DNA of 40,791 nt, taken from NCBI GenBank assembly GCA_026394965.1, contig JAPLZQ010000095.1:1-40791 (forward strand), written 5' to 3'. Of the stretch, positions 1 to 9,013 are shown one piece after another. The notes under the pieces were generated by a model. That model searched no databases, was not told the DNA's origin, and worked only from the letters and a program-made list of their open reading frames with translations. Each line of letters opens with the position of its first letter. Position 1 is the stretch's first letter. A program made the position numbers and the translations under genes. This stretch comes from Candidatus Woesearchaeota archaeon. GTDB taxonomy: Archaea; Nanobdellota; Nanobdellia; Woesearchaeales; 0-14-0-80-44-23.

Positions 1-1
1 A

Positions 2-733
2 TTTCCCCAGATTAAGGAGATTATGTTTGAGACAGACACCTTTACTGCTTCAGAGGAGCAGGTTAGGGCTATATGCAACCTCATCATTAAGAAAAAACTG
101 AAATTTACATGGTCAGCAAATTCAAGGGTTGACACAATTAGGCACGAGGACACCTTTAATCTGATGAAAAGGGCAGGATGCCGTATGCTTCTGATAGGCG
201 CAGAATTCGGAACACAGTGCGCATTGAATGATGTTAAAAAGGACATAACGCCGAAGCTCACAAGGGATTTTGTGCTCGGCGCAAAGAAAGCGGGAATAAA
301 AGTCCATGGGTGCTTTATGATAGGCGCCCCAAATGAGACAAGGGAGAGTGCCCTTGCGACAATAAGGTTTGCAAAGAGCCTTCCATTGGATACAGTCCAG
401 TTTTCAGGAGTTGTTGCATATCCCGGAACTGAGTTTTACACCTGGGCCAAGGAAAAGGGCTACCTTGTCCCAAAGGACTGGACAGAATGGGTTAATGACA
501 ATTATGAGCAGGCGACAATCCTCAATTATCCGCAGCTTTCAACAGCAGAGATGAACGAGCTCATAGACAAGGGCTTGAAGGAGTTCTATTTTCAGCCGGG
601 AAAGATTTTATACCATCTTTTCACAATACGCGACTTTTCAGATTTCAAGAGGAAGGCAGGCGGGTTTTTCAGGTTTCTGGATTACCTGAATGGAAAAAAG
701 AAATCAAAAAAGGGAAAGGATCTTCCGCTATGA
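2..733 (+). CDS. radical SAM family enzyme, C-terminal part (5' end cut by window edge)
   Basis: The frame is open from nt 2, so the listed ATG at 23 is probably internal. The translation shows TIM-barrel-like radical SAM core motifs (RMLLIGAEFG, HGCFMIGAPNET, VQFSGVVAYPGTEFY) typical of B12-binding-type radical SAM proteins. The CxxxCxxC cluster would lie upstream, outside the window. Confidence 0.65.
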   Translation, partial: FPQIKEIMFETDTFTASEEQVRAICNLIIKKKLKFTWSANSRVDTIRHEDTFNLMKRAGCRMLLIGAEFGTQCALNDVKKDITPKLTRDFVLGAKKAGIKVHGCFMIGAPNETRESALATIRFAKSLPLDTVQFSGVVAYPGTEFYTWAKEKGYLVPKDWTEWVNDNYEQATILNYPQLSTAEMNELIDKGLKEFYFQPGKILYHLFTIRDFSDFKRKAGGFFRFLDYLNGKKKSKKGKDLPL

Positions 734-739
734 ATAAAG

Positions 740-1747
740 GTGGTTTCAACGGTTGAAATATCAGTTGTTGTTCCGGTCTACAATGGAAAAAGGACAATAA
801 GAAAAACCCTTGATTCCCTTCTCTCCCAGAAAATCGGCAGGAGCTATGAAATAATTGCTGTTGATGACGGAAGCAGGGATGAAACTCCTAAAATTCTTTC
901 AGAATACAGGAAGCGCGGGATAAGGGTTATAACACAGAAAAATGCAGGGCCTGCATCAGCAAGGAATGCCGGATGGAAAAAAGCTAGAGGAAAGATTGTG
1001 GCTTTTACTGATTCTGACTGCCGCCCTGTTCAGGACTGGCTTTCCTCAATCACAAAGCCCTTCTCAGACAGGAATGTGGGCGGCGTTGGCGGAACCTACA
1101 GGACTGAAAACAGGGACAAGATTCTTGCAAGATACATCGGGCTTGATATTGAACTCAGGCATTCCAGGTTCAAGAGGGAAATTGAGGGAACAGGAAGCTT
1201 CTCAATTGCATTCCGCAAAAATCTTCTTGAAAGGACAGGGGGCTTTGATGAGACATACAGAAAGCCTACTGCAGAGGATTTTGACCTCTGCTTTGCAGTT
1301 AGAAATCTTGGTAAGAAGATAATATTTGAGCCGAAGGCAATAGTTTACCATTACCATCCTGAGCATTTCTCAAATTTTATGAGAGAGCAGATGAGGCATG
1401 CAAGGGCAAGGGCATACATGTACAAAAAATTCACAGGGCGCGTGAAAGGCGAGTCATATACACCTCTTTCCACAATAATAACAGCGCCGCTTAGCTTCCT
1501 TTTCATTGCAACATTCCCCCTTTTCTTTTTAGGGAAAATCAATCCTGTTCTTCCAATCATCCCTTCTGCATTTTTTGCTGCGCTTTTTATCCTTGCCCTT
1601 CCCCTTTTCTTCTACTGCCTGAAAAAAAGGGATTATTCAGTTGCACTAATCTCAATTCCAGTTCAGCTTTCCCGCTTCTTTGCATGGACTCTTGGGGTAT
1701 TGGCAGGGTTTATTGACATAATATTCCATAGAAAGGGAAATTTTTAG
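740..1747 (+). CDS. family 2 glycosyltransferase with C-terminal membrane region
   Basis: GT-A/GT2 signature: SVVVPVYNG, IIAVDDGSRDET, DxD-like FTDSDC. The last ~90 aa are hydrophobic. GTG start lies 6 nt after the upstream stop. Confidence 0.9.
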   Translation: MVSTVEISVVVPVYNGKRTIRKTLDSLLSQKIGRSYEIIAVDDGSRDETPKILSEYRKRGIRVITQKNAGPASARNAGWKKARGKIVAFTDSDCRPVQDWLSSITKPFSDRNVGGVGGTYRTENRDKILARYIGLDIELRHSRFKREIEGTGSFSIAFRKNLLERTGGFDETYRKPTAEDFDLCFAVRNLGKKIIFEPKAIVYHYHPEHFSNFMREQMRHARARAYMYKKFTGRVKGESYTPLSTIITAPLSFLFIATFPLFFLGKINPVLPIIPSAFFAALFILALPLFFYCLKKRDYSVALISIPVQLSRFFAWTLGVLAGFIDIIFHRKGNF

Positions 1748-1797
1748 GGAAATACTTTTTTTTAAAATAATTAACTATTAATTTAATTAAATGTTAA

Positions 1798-2721
1798 TTA
1801 AATTTTTTCTCTCCAGTAATCAAGGATGCTTTCAAGTGTTTTCTCTATGCTTATCCTGGGCTGCCAGCCGGTTTCTGCACTGAACTTTTCGTGCGAGCCA
1901 AACATAACAGGAACATCAATTTTCCTGAATTTTTTTGGGTCTGATTCCTCCTTTATCTTTGCCCTGCTCATGGAAATTAATATGTCCAGAATTTCTCTTA
2001 TCGCATATGCCCTTCCTGAGCCGATGTTGTATATTCCCGGCTTGCATTTGTCAAAAAGAGAGTATGCAATTGAAATGTCCCTGACATCTGAGAAGTCCCT
2101 TTTCGCTTCAAGGTTTCCGACTTTGATTACAGGCTCTCTTTTCCCTTTCTCAATTTCTGCAATCTGCTTTGCAAAGTCAGAGCACACAAAGTCAGGGCTC
2201 TGCCCGGTTCCTGTGTGGTTGAAGCTTCTTGAGATTACTATTGAAAGCGATTTGTATTTTGGAAGGAGGCATATTCCCTCTGCCTCAAGCTTTGACTCTG
2301 CATAGGGATTTTCCGGATTCAGCGGATGCTCCTCTGTTATTGGGAAGAACTTTGGCTTGCCATAAACTTCTGCCGATGATATGAAAAGCAGCTTTGCCTT
2401 TATGTTTTCCTCAACAAGGGCATCGAGGAGGTTTCTTGTCCCTTCCACATTTATTTTTCTGCAGAGTTCAGGGTTTTCCCATGATTTTGCAACTGAGCTG
2501 AATCCTGCAAGATGAAAAACATATTCCGGCTTGAAGTCTGAAACAAGCTTTTTTACATCATCCTTGTTGAGAATGTCAAGCTTTTCATAATCAACCCCTT
2601 TTACAATCCTTCCTGGAGAAACAAGATAGGAGCCAATAATTGAATATCCCTTTTTCAGAAGCTCTTCTGCCAGGTATGGTGCAGCAAATCCGTCAATTCC
2701 GGTTATGAGCGCTTTTGCCAT
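1798..2721 (-). CDS. rmd: GDP-4-dehydro-6-deoxy-D-mannose reductase-like SDR (Rmd type)
   Basis: Rossmann motif ITGIDGFAAPYL, catalytic YAESK, and FNHTGTGQ, VGNLEAKRDFSDVRD, GWQPRISIEKTL are colinear with Rmd-type extended SDRs as I recall them. gmd lies 3.3 kb away. Confidence 0.75.
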   Translation of the reverse strand: MAKALITGIDGFAAPYLAEELLKKGYSIIGSYLVSPGRIVKGVDYEKLDILNKDDVKKLVSDFKPEYVFHLAGFSSVAKSWENPELCRKINVEGTRNLLDALVEENIKAKLLFISSAEVYGKPKFFPITEEHPLNPENPYAESKLEAEGICLLPKYKSLSIVISRSFNHTGTGQSPDFVCSDFAKQIAEIEKGKREPVIKVGNLEAKRDFSDVRDISIAYSLFDKCKPGIYNIGSGRAYAIREILDILISMSRAKIKEESDPKKFRKIDVPVMFGSHEKFSAETGWQPRISIEKTLESILDYWREKI

Positions 2722-2828
2722 ACTTTCCCTTTATTCTGGATTCTATTTAAAGTTTTCTTTAGAAATATAGATTCTCTAAAATCGGCAAAGTTTAAATATC
2801 CCCCCTTTAGATTTATCCAATTATCAAA

Positions 2829-4085
2829 ATGGATTCCAAACAATCTGAAAATAGATTTGTTCGCATAAAATCTCATCTTGGAAAAACATTCAAGGCATTA
2901 AACCACAGGAACTACAGGCTCTGGTTTTTCGGGCAGATGGTTTCCCTTTTCGGAACCTGGATGCAGAGCGCTGCGCAGGGCTTCTTTATTTTTGAGCTTA
3001 CTCACTCTGTTTTCTACCTCGGGCTTGTTGGATTTTTTTTAGGGCTTCCAACCTGGCTCTTCATGCTTTACGGAGGAGTTGTTTCAGACAGGTTTTCCCG
3101 AAAGAAAATTCTTCTTATAACCCAATTTTCAATGATGCTTCTTGCATTAATCCTTGCGGGGCTCTATTTCACAGGATGGATTCAACCCTGGCACATACTT
3201 GTGCTTTCCTTTCTCTTGGGAACAGCAAATGCCTTTGATGCTCCTGCAAGGCAGTCCTTTGTAGTTGACCTTGTCCCAAGGGAAGACCTGAATAACGCAA
3301 TTGCCCTTAACGGCACGATGTTCAATGCTTCTGTTGTTGTGGGGCCTGCTCTTGGAGGGCTTGTCTACGCTCTTGTCGGGCCAGGCTGGTGCTTCATAAT
3401 TAATGCATTTTCCTTTACTGCAGTTATAGGAGGGCTTCTTCTTATGAGGATAGAATATCAAAAAATACGCAAGAGCAAGTTCTCTGCTTTTTCAGAAATA
3501 AGAAACGGGCTTTTGTATGTGAGTAAAAATCCCTCAATAATCGGAATTTTTAGCGCAATTGCCTGTTTCAGCCTTTTTGGGCTTGCATTCATCAATCTTC
3601 TCCCGGCGTGGTCTGTTAATGTTCTTCACGGGAATTCTGAGACAAACGGGCTTCTTCAGGCAGCAAGGGGCTTTGGAGCCCTTCTTGTTGCGCTTTCAGT
3701 TGCATCAATTGGAGTAATCAGAATTAAGGGAAAGCTTCTTACCTCAGGCACTTTTCTTGTTCCCTTTTCAGTTCTTCTTTTTTCATTAATAAAATATGCG
3801 CCGATGTCTATTGCAGTTATAATTCTTGTCGGAATTTCGGGCATGCTTGTTTCAAATATGTGCATGACTCTCTTGCAGAATATAACTGCAGATGAATTTC
3901 GCGGGCGTGTTTTAAGCATCTACAACCTTGTCTTTTCAGGATTCCTGCCTTTTGGCTCGCTCTGGATTGGAACTGCAGCAGGATTTTTTGGGGAGAAAAC
4001 AGCAGTTATTATGAGTTCAGGGCTCGCATTCTTGGGTGCACTTGCAATATGGAAGCTGTTCCCGAAATTAAGAAAAATTGAATGA
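2829..4085 (+). CDS. MFS transporter (MFS_3 / EntS-like exporter family)
   Basis: About 12 hydrophobic helices. The N-terminal NYRLWFFGQMVSLFGTWMQ pattern is typical of this MFS subfamily. TATA-like AAAGTTTAAATA sits about 35 nt upstream. Confidence 0.85.
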   Translation: MDSKQSENRFVRIKSHLGKTFKALNHRNYRLWFFGQMVSLFGTWMQSAAQGFFIFELTHSVFYLGLVGFFLGLPTWLFMLYGGVVSDRFSRKKILLITQFSMMLLALILAGLYFTGWIQPWHILVLSFLLGTANAFDAPARQSFVVDLVPREDLNNAIALNGTMFNASVVVGPALGGLVYALVGPGWCFIINAFSFTAVIGGLLLMRIEYQKIRKSKFSAFSEIRNGLLYVSKNPSIIGIFSAIACFSLFGLAFINLLPAWSVNVLHGNSETNGLLQAARGFGALLVALSVASIGVIRIKGKLLTSGTFLVPFSVLLFSLIKYAPMSIAVIILVGISGMLVSNMCMTLLQNITADEFRGRVLSIYNLVFSGFLPFGSLWIGTAAGFFGEKTAVIMSSGLAFLGALAIWKLFPKLRKIE

Positions 4086-4095
4086 GTTTCCTGAT

Positions 4096-4467
4096 TTATT
4101 TTTTCTTGTATCCCAACTTCTTATTATATACTTTATGGCTCAGAATATCCAGAACAAAGCAGATTATCTCAATCTCATCTCCTTTTATTGTGTAGAGCAT
4201 TCTCCAAAAGTTAGTGAGTTCAACTCTCCACAGGTTTTTTGTATTATATCTTTTAAGATATTCCTTTGGAATCAGATTTTTCTGAATATTGTCGCCGTAA
4301 AAAGGATTTGCCCTTAAGAATTCAGATTTTTGCTTTATTGACTTTATCAGTTGAATTTCTTCTGTGTTTTCTTTTCCTTCTGACTTCTGTTTTTCAGCAA
4401 TATCATTCAATTTTGTGTATTCTTCTTCTGCTTCATCTAAGAGAACTATTTTGACTGCCTTATTCAT
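4096..4467 (-). CDS. RelE/ParE-family type II toxin
   Basis: C-terminal NLWRVELTNFWRMLYTIKGDEIEIICFVLDILSHKVY matches the RelE/ParE fold pattern (R..l...yRiiY.i......i..i..H..Y). It overlaps the upstream gene by 4 nt (ATGA). Confidence 0.7.
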   Translation of the reverse strand: MNKAVKIVLLDEAEEEYTKLNDIAEKQKSEGKENTEEIQLIKSIKQKSEFLRANPFYGDNIQKNLIPKEYLKRYNTKNLWRVELTNFWRMLYTIKGDEIEIICFVLDILSHKVYNKKLGYKKK

Positions 4468-4757
4468 ATTTCAGTTCCTTTTTTTATTAACTCGTTCAGC
4501 TCTTTTCTTTCTGTAAAAATCCAAAGAATCCCCTTTGTTCCTATCATTATCTTTCCGCTTACCTGCAGATAGTCCAGTATCTGAAGCTGTGTTTGATGCA
4601 TAACCTTTCTTGGCAGTTTTCTTTTCAATTCCGCTAAGCTCATCAGTTCTCCGCTTTTGTTCAGCACTTCTTCAACCATAAGAACGGTGTTCAGAGTAGG
4701 CGAATGATTTGATGTTACTTTATCTCGCATTTTTTGTTTCATTTTTGTGTGTTCCAT
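4464..4757 (-). CDS. winged-helix-like small protein, candidate antitoxin/regulator
   Basis: 97 aa, translationally coupled to the toxin gene. The stretch MSLAELKRKLPRKVMHQTQLQILDYLQVSGKI looks like a wHTH. Palindromic operators lie just upstream. Confidence 0.6.
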   Translation of the reverse strand: MEHTKMKQKMRDKVTSNHSPTLNTVLMVEEVLNKSGELMSLAELKRKLPRKVMHQTQLQILDYLQVSGKIMIGTKGILWIFTERKELNELIKKGTEI

Positions 4758-4766
4758 AATTTTTAT

Positions 4767-4802
4767 ATATCTAATTGATATAAATATATATCTAATAGAT
4801 AT
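4767..4802. promoter_or_regulatory. two phased palindromic operator-like sites in the TA promoter region
   Basis: ATATCTAATTGATAT (4767-4781) and ATATCTAATAGATAT (4788-4802). Each has 5-bp inverted arms ATATC/GATAT. They are 21 bp apart and lie 10-45 bp upstream of the ATG at 4757. Confidence 0.6.
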
Positions 4803-5036
4803 ACAAATATATAAATCTTTCTTTTTTTTAAATATTCATAATAGCTTCTTTTTTTCATTTCTATTTATATTTCTTTTCCGCACTTGTCTTTTGTCCTGTG
4901 CGAATTTCCGGTTATTTCGGTTTACAGAAAGGGTTTTAAATCTGAATAACGCAGTCGCCATGAACGCCTACCGGCTCTGTTTTCTCAAATCCAGTATACG
5001 TCACATTTTGTTAAAAATAGTTAAATTTATATATTT

Positions 5037-5963
5037 GTGACGTATACTTCTTTTATGGTCAATGTGAGAACAGTCAATAAAGGAACTAAGAAGTATTACT
5101 ACTTAGAGCACACAATAAGAACAAAGGATGGTTTTTCTAACAAAAGATTATATCTGGGCAATACCCTGCCAAAAACTATCGGTAAAATAAAAGAAAAATT
5201 TCTCTATGATTTATTTGAAGAATTATACGGCAAGGAATTAGAAGCCGTAAAAGAGCTCTGGAATAAAGAATACAAGAATTATCCTGCGTCCGCCAAGGAA
5301 AAGTACATAGAATCTTTTATGATTAAATTCACCTACAACACCAGCAAAATAGAGGGAAGCACGCTGACATTAAAAGAAACAGCAGATCTTCTCCAGGAAC
5401 AGGTTACCCCAAGAAATAAGGCATTGAAATTTGTCAGGGAAGCAGAAGCACATAAGACCATATTCTACCAGATGCTGAAGAATAAAAATAAGCTGAACTT
5501 AGCAGCTGTTCTTTATTGGCATAAAGAATTATTCAGAGAATCAGACCCTGAAATTGCGGGAAAAATAAGAAAGCACCCTGTAGCGATAGCGAGAAGTAAA
5601 GTGGAATTGCCCTTGCCTGTAGAATTGAATATATTATTAAAAGAATTCTTTACATGGTATAATAAATACTATGGAAAGATAAATCCGGTATTAATGGCAG
5701 CGCTTGTGCATTTGAAGTTTGTATCCATACACCCGTTCAGCGACGGCAACGGAAGAATATCTAGGCTGATGATGAATCACACGCTGAACAGTTTAGGATA
5801 TCCTATGCTGAACATAGAATACACGAACAGAAACGCATATTACACAGCGCTGGAGCGAAGCCAGACAAGAAGCAAAGAGGAAACATTCATGTTATATGCA
5901 GTAAAAAGGTATTTGAGGGAATACACTTCTTTAAGGAAGCGCAGGCGGCTTTTCTTCCATTAA
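5037..5963 (+). CDS. Fic domain protein (AMPylase family)
   Basis: Catalytic motif HPFSDGNGRISRLM (HxFx[DE]GNGRxxR). An N-terminal TSKIEG fits the (S/T)xxxE(G/N) inhibitory helix motif. The ORF opens with GTG at 5037; ATG at 5055 is the more likely start. Confidence 0.9.
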   Translation: MTYTSFMVNVRTVNKGTKKYYYLEHTIRTKDGFSNKRLYLGNTLPKTIGKIKEKFLYDLFEELYGKELEAVKELWNKEYKNYPASAKEKYIESFMIKFTYNTSKIEGSTLTLKETADLLQEQVTPRNKALKFVREAEAHKTIFYQMLKNKNKLNLAAVLYWHKELFRESDPEIAGKIRKHPVAIARSKVELPLPVELNILLKEFFTWYNKYYGKINPVLMAALVHLKFVSIHPFSDGNGRISRLMMNHTLNSLGYPMLNIEYTNRNAYYTALERSQTRSKEETFMLYAVKRYLREYTSLRKRRRLFFH

Positions 5964-6006
5964 GCGCACTCTGGAACAGCAGCAGAATAATTGAATGATG
6001 TGTTTT

Positions 6007-6978
6007 TTATAGTTTTTTTATTCTTTCAATGTCAGATTCAACCATCGTCTTAACAAGCGCGGAAAAGCTCATCTTGGGCTTCCAGCCAAGCTCTTTTTTT
6101 GCCTTTGCCGTGTCTGCAAGAAGCAGGTTCACATCAGCGGGGCGCATGAATTTCTCATCAACCTTCACATATTTCTGGTAATCCTTTATTCCCGCTGCCT
6201 TGAATGCCTCTTCAACAAACTCCCTTACAGTATGGGTTTCGCCTGTTCCTATGACATAGTCTTCCGGTTTTTCCTTCTGGAGCATAAGCCACATCGCTTC
6301 AACATAGTCCCCTGCAAATCCCCAGTCCCTCTTGGCATCAAGGTTTCCAAGCCTTAGCTCATCCTGAAGCCCAAGCTTTATCCTTGCGACTCCGTCAGTT
6401 ATTTTTCTTGTTACAAACTCAATTCCCCTTCTTGGGGATTCATGATTGAACAGTATTCCGTTGCACGCAAACATTCCGTAGCTCTCTCTGTAATTTACTG
6501 CCGTCCAGTATCCGAAGAGCTTTGAAACGCCGTAAGGGCTTCTTGGGTAAAAAGGGGTTTTTTCAGACTGGGGAGTTTCAGCTGCCTTTCCAAAAAGCTC
6601 GCTGCTGGATGCCTGGTAGAATTTTGCCTTGCATCCGCTGATTCTTAATGCCTCAAGAACATTCAGCACTCCAAGCCCGGTTATCTCTGCTGTTGTTATC
6701 GGGCTTTTCCATGAGTGCGCAACAAAAGACATTGAGGCAAGATTGTAAACTTCGTCTGGCTTTGAATATTCCACAGCCCGTATTATTGAGGAAAGGTCTG
6801 TCAAGTCCCCCTCAATCAGCTCAATCTTACTTAGAATGTGCTTTATTCTTTCTGTGCTTTCAGTGCTTGTCCTTCTGATAAACCCGTAAACCTTATAATC
6901 CTTTGAAAGCAGGAACTCTGCAAGGTAGCTTCCGTCCTGCCCGGTTATTCCTGTTATAAGAGCGCTTTTCTGTTTCAT
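6007..6978 (-). CDS. gmd: GDP-mannose 4,6-dehydratase
   Basis: [39 protein letters not shown] and [11 protein letters not shown] are the canonical Gmd signature blocks. Confidence 0.95.
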   Translation of the reverse strand: MKQKSALITGITGQDGSYLAEFLLSKDYKVYGFIRRTSTESTERIKHILSKIELIEGDLTDLSSIIRAVEYSKPDEVYNLASMSFVAHSWKSPITTAEITGLGVLNVLEALRISGCKAKFYQASSSELFGKAAETPQSEKTPFYPRSPYGVSKLFGYWTAVNYRESYGMFACNGILFNHESPRRGIEFVTRKITDGVARIKLGLQDELRLGNLDAKRDWGFAGDYVEAMWLMLQKEKPEDYVIGTGETHTVREFVEEAFKAAGIKDYQKYVKVDEKFMRPADVNLLLADTAKAKKELGWKPKMSFSALVKTMVESDIERIKKL

Positions 6979-7225
6979 GAATTAATCACCCCACGATTAT
7001 AATTGATTTCTTTTAATAAATAAGGCATAATGCGGATTTATTTAACTATTTTTAATCAAATTTTTTTTAATCTTTTTTATCCAAATTTTATTTGATATTA
7101 TATGCAATCTGCTTTAACCATTGTTGTCATCTGCTTTTATTATTAATATTTAACTGTTTTTCGCGCTTTTTATGCATATTATTTTTCAGTAAGATTTATA
7201 AAATGACTGCCGCTTATAGAAAGGC

Positions 7226-8956
7226 ATGTCGCAAAAAGAGGTTGTGGGGAAAGAAGAATCTATCTTCAGCAAAAGAATTTTCAATATCAAATGGAGCTGG
7301 GTTGTCCTTGCTCTCATCCTTCTTTTAGGGTTTTATTTCAGGGCTTATCACATTGATTACCCCGTCATAGGATACCATAACTGGAAGGAAGTCCATCACC
7401 TTTCAGAGGCAAGGAATTATGTTCTTGACGGATTCTCAAAAGACGGGCTTTTCATGCCTCACTATGATGACAACACATTCGGGGAAAATCCCTACGGGCT
7501 CCATTCAGACACTTTTCCTCTTGTGCAGATAATGGGCGCTGTGATTTTCAGGATTTTCGGCTACAAGCTCTGGATGGCAAGGATGATAAGCATTATTTTC
7601 AATCTCGGCGCTGTCCTTATGTTTTATCTGCTGATAAAACAGCTCTTCAAAAAATATGACAAAAAGGAAGAGCTCTCGCTTACATGCGCGTTTCTTGCTG
7701 CAATAAATCCCCTTCTTGTTTTCTTCAGCCACAATTTTGACGACATAAACCCCGCATTGTTTTTCATGCTGGGGTGCGCATTTCTTTATGCAAAATGGGT
7801 TGATGAGCAAAAGGGATGGCAGCTTGCGCTTGCAGCGTTATTCGGCGGATTTGCAACTGTCCTGAAATACACTTTTGGGATAATTGCTGTTCCAATCCTC
7901 ATCACTTTCCCTTACAAAAAGGTGTTTTCTGCGCTTAAAAAATACTGGAAATCCCTTGCAGTATCAGCATTGATGATTTTAGTCTGCCTGAGCTGGATTC
8001 CATATGCGTCTTACATGAACAAGATTCATCAGGGAATGTCCTACAGCGCAGTTGAGATTGTTAAAATGAAGGTTACCTGGGGAAACATCCCCCTCCTGTT
8101 TTCGCAGGATTTTCTCGTGCCAGTTCTTCTGAGCCCAAATTCCTATGTTGCTGACAACTACTCAAAAATCGGTTTCACATTTGCAGCGCTCGGGTTTGTC
8201 CTCCTTTTGATTTTCTGGAAAAAGGGCTTTGGGAACAAGTTTATGTCAGCATACTTCATAGCATTCATTCTTTTTATTGTCGTCGGCTCTGACACATTGC
8301 GGGGGCACAGCTACCACCAGTATCCTATTGCTCCCCTGATAATATTTCTCATGGCGTACTTATTCACATTCGTCGGGACTACCCTTGAGAAGTTTTTCAA
8401 TGTGAAATTCCTTTCCTGGTTTGTGATAATAATTTTCATAGCCCTCCTTATGAAGCCCTCTGTTGATGCAAAGAACAGGCAGTTCAACACCCAGTTCATA
8501 GGGCAGGATGTTGCAGGAGATTACATAAAGAAGCATATGCTTCCCGGAGAGAGAATGCTTTTCCCGAGCCACCAAAGCTACGGCGTAATCTGGAACAGCG
8601 GGATGAAGGCATATATGTTCCCTGAAAACGCAAGCATAATTCCTCTTATGGAAGAAGAGGCAAATGTGTCATGGGTTTTTGTTTACCAGTGGGGCTTTTC
8701 AATACTTGACAACAAGCCGGTTTGGGATTACATAAAGGAGCACTATTCCCTTGCGCAGTTCGGCTTCCAGCAGAATACTGGCTTAATCTACATACTCCTG
8801 AAAAAAGGGGGCTCTTTCAATGCCTCAAACATGGAGGAAGTTTCAAATCAGCTCAACGCAATACTTCAGAAGAGCCTTGCCTCTTCAATAAAGTCAAAGG
8901 AGTATGAATACACAACAGGCAAGTTTACAATGAATTATTATGATGTGATAGCGTAA
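7226..8956 (+). CDS. GT-C fold glycosyltransferase (ArnT / PMT_2, GT39/83-like)
   Basis: 576 aa with more than 10 TM helices followed by a soluble C-terminal domain. The first-loop pattern YHIDYPVIGYHNWKEVHHLSEARNY is typical of polyprenyl-phosphate-sugar dependent GT-C enzymes. TATA-like AAGATTTATAAAA lies about 30 nt upstream. Confidence 0.8.
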   Translation: MSQKEVVGKEESIFSKRIFNIKWSWVVLALILLLGFYFRAYHIDYPVIGYHNWKEVHHLSEARNYVLDGFSKDGLFMPHYDDNTFGENPYGLHSDTFPLVQIMGAVIFRIFGYKLWMARMISIIFNLGAVLMFYLLIKQLFKKYDKKEELSLTCAFLAAINPLLVFFSHNFDDINPALFFMLGCAFLYAKWVDEQKGWQLALAALFGGFATVLKYTFGIIAVPILITFPYKKVFSALKKYWKSLAVSALMILVCLSWIPYASYMNKIHQGMSYSAVEIVKMKVTWGNIPLLFSQDFLVPVLLSPNSYVADNYSKIGFTFAALGFVLLLIFWKKGFGNKFMSAYFIAFILFIVVGSDTLRGHSYHQYPIAPLIIFLMAYLFTFVGTTLEKFFNVKFLSWFVIIIFIALLMKPSVDAKNRQFNTQFIGQDVAGDYIKKHMLPGERMLFPSHQSYGVIWNSGMKAYMFPENASIIPLMEEEANVSWVFVYQWGFSILDNKPVWDYIKEHYSLAQFGFQQNTGLIYILLKKGGSFNASNMEEVSNQLNAILQKSLASSIKSKEYEYTTGKFTMNYYDVIA

Positions 8957-9013
8957 TCAGAAAAAACATAATCAGAAAAAAAGGAATTATCATTTTCAAT
9001 CAAGGGTGATTTA

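Noticed and set aside
4747-5040. 97-aa ORF between the TA pair and fic, and similarly 7092-7328
   Set aside because: Both are AT-rich promoter regions. The translations are Phe/Ile/Leu-rich with no start context.
8954-8982. Direct repeat TAATCAGAAAAAA x2 between the GT-C gene and wecC
   Set aside because: It is a short, A-rich duplication that overlaps the stop codon and precedes a strong SD. It is probably slippage in a spacer, and nothing further supports a function.
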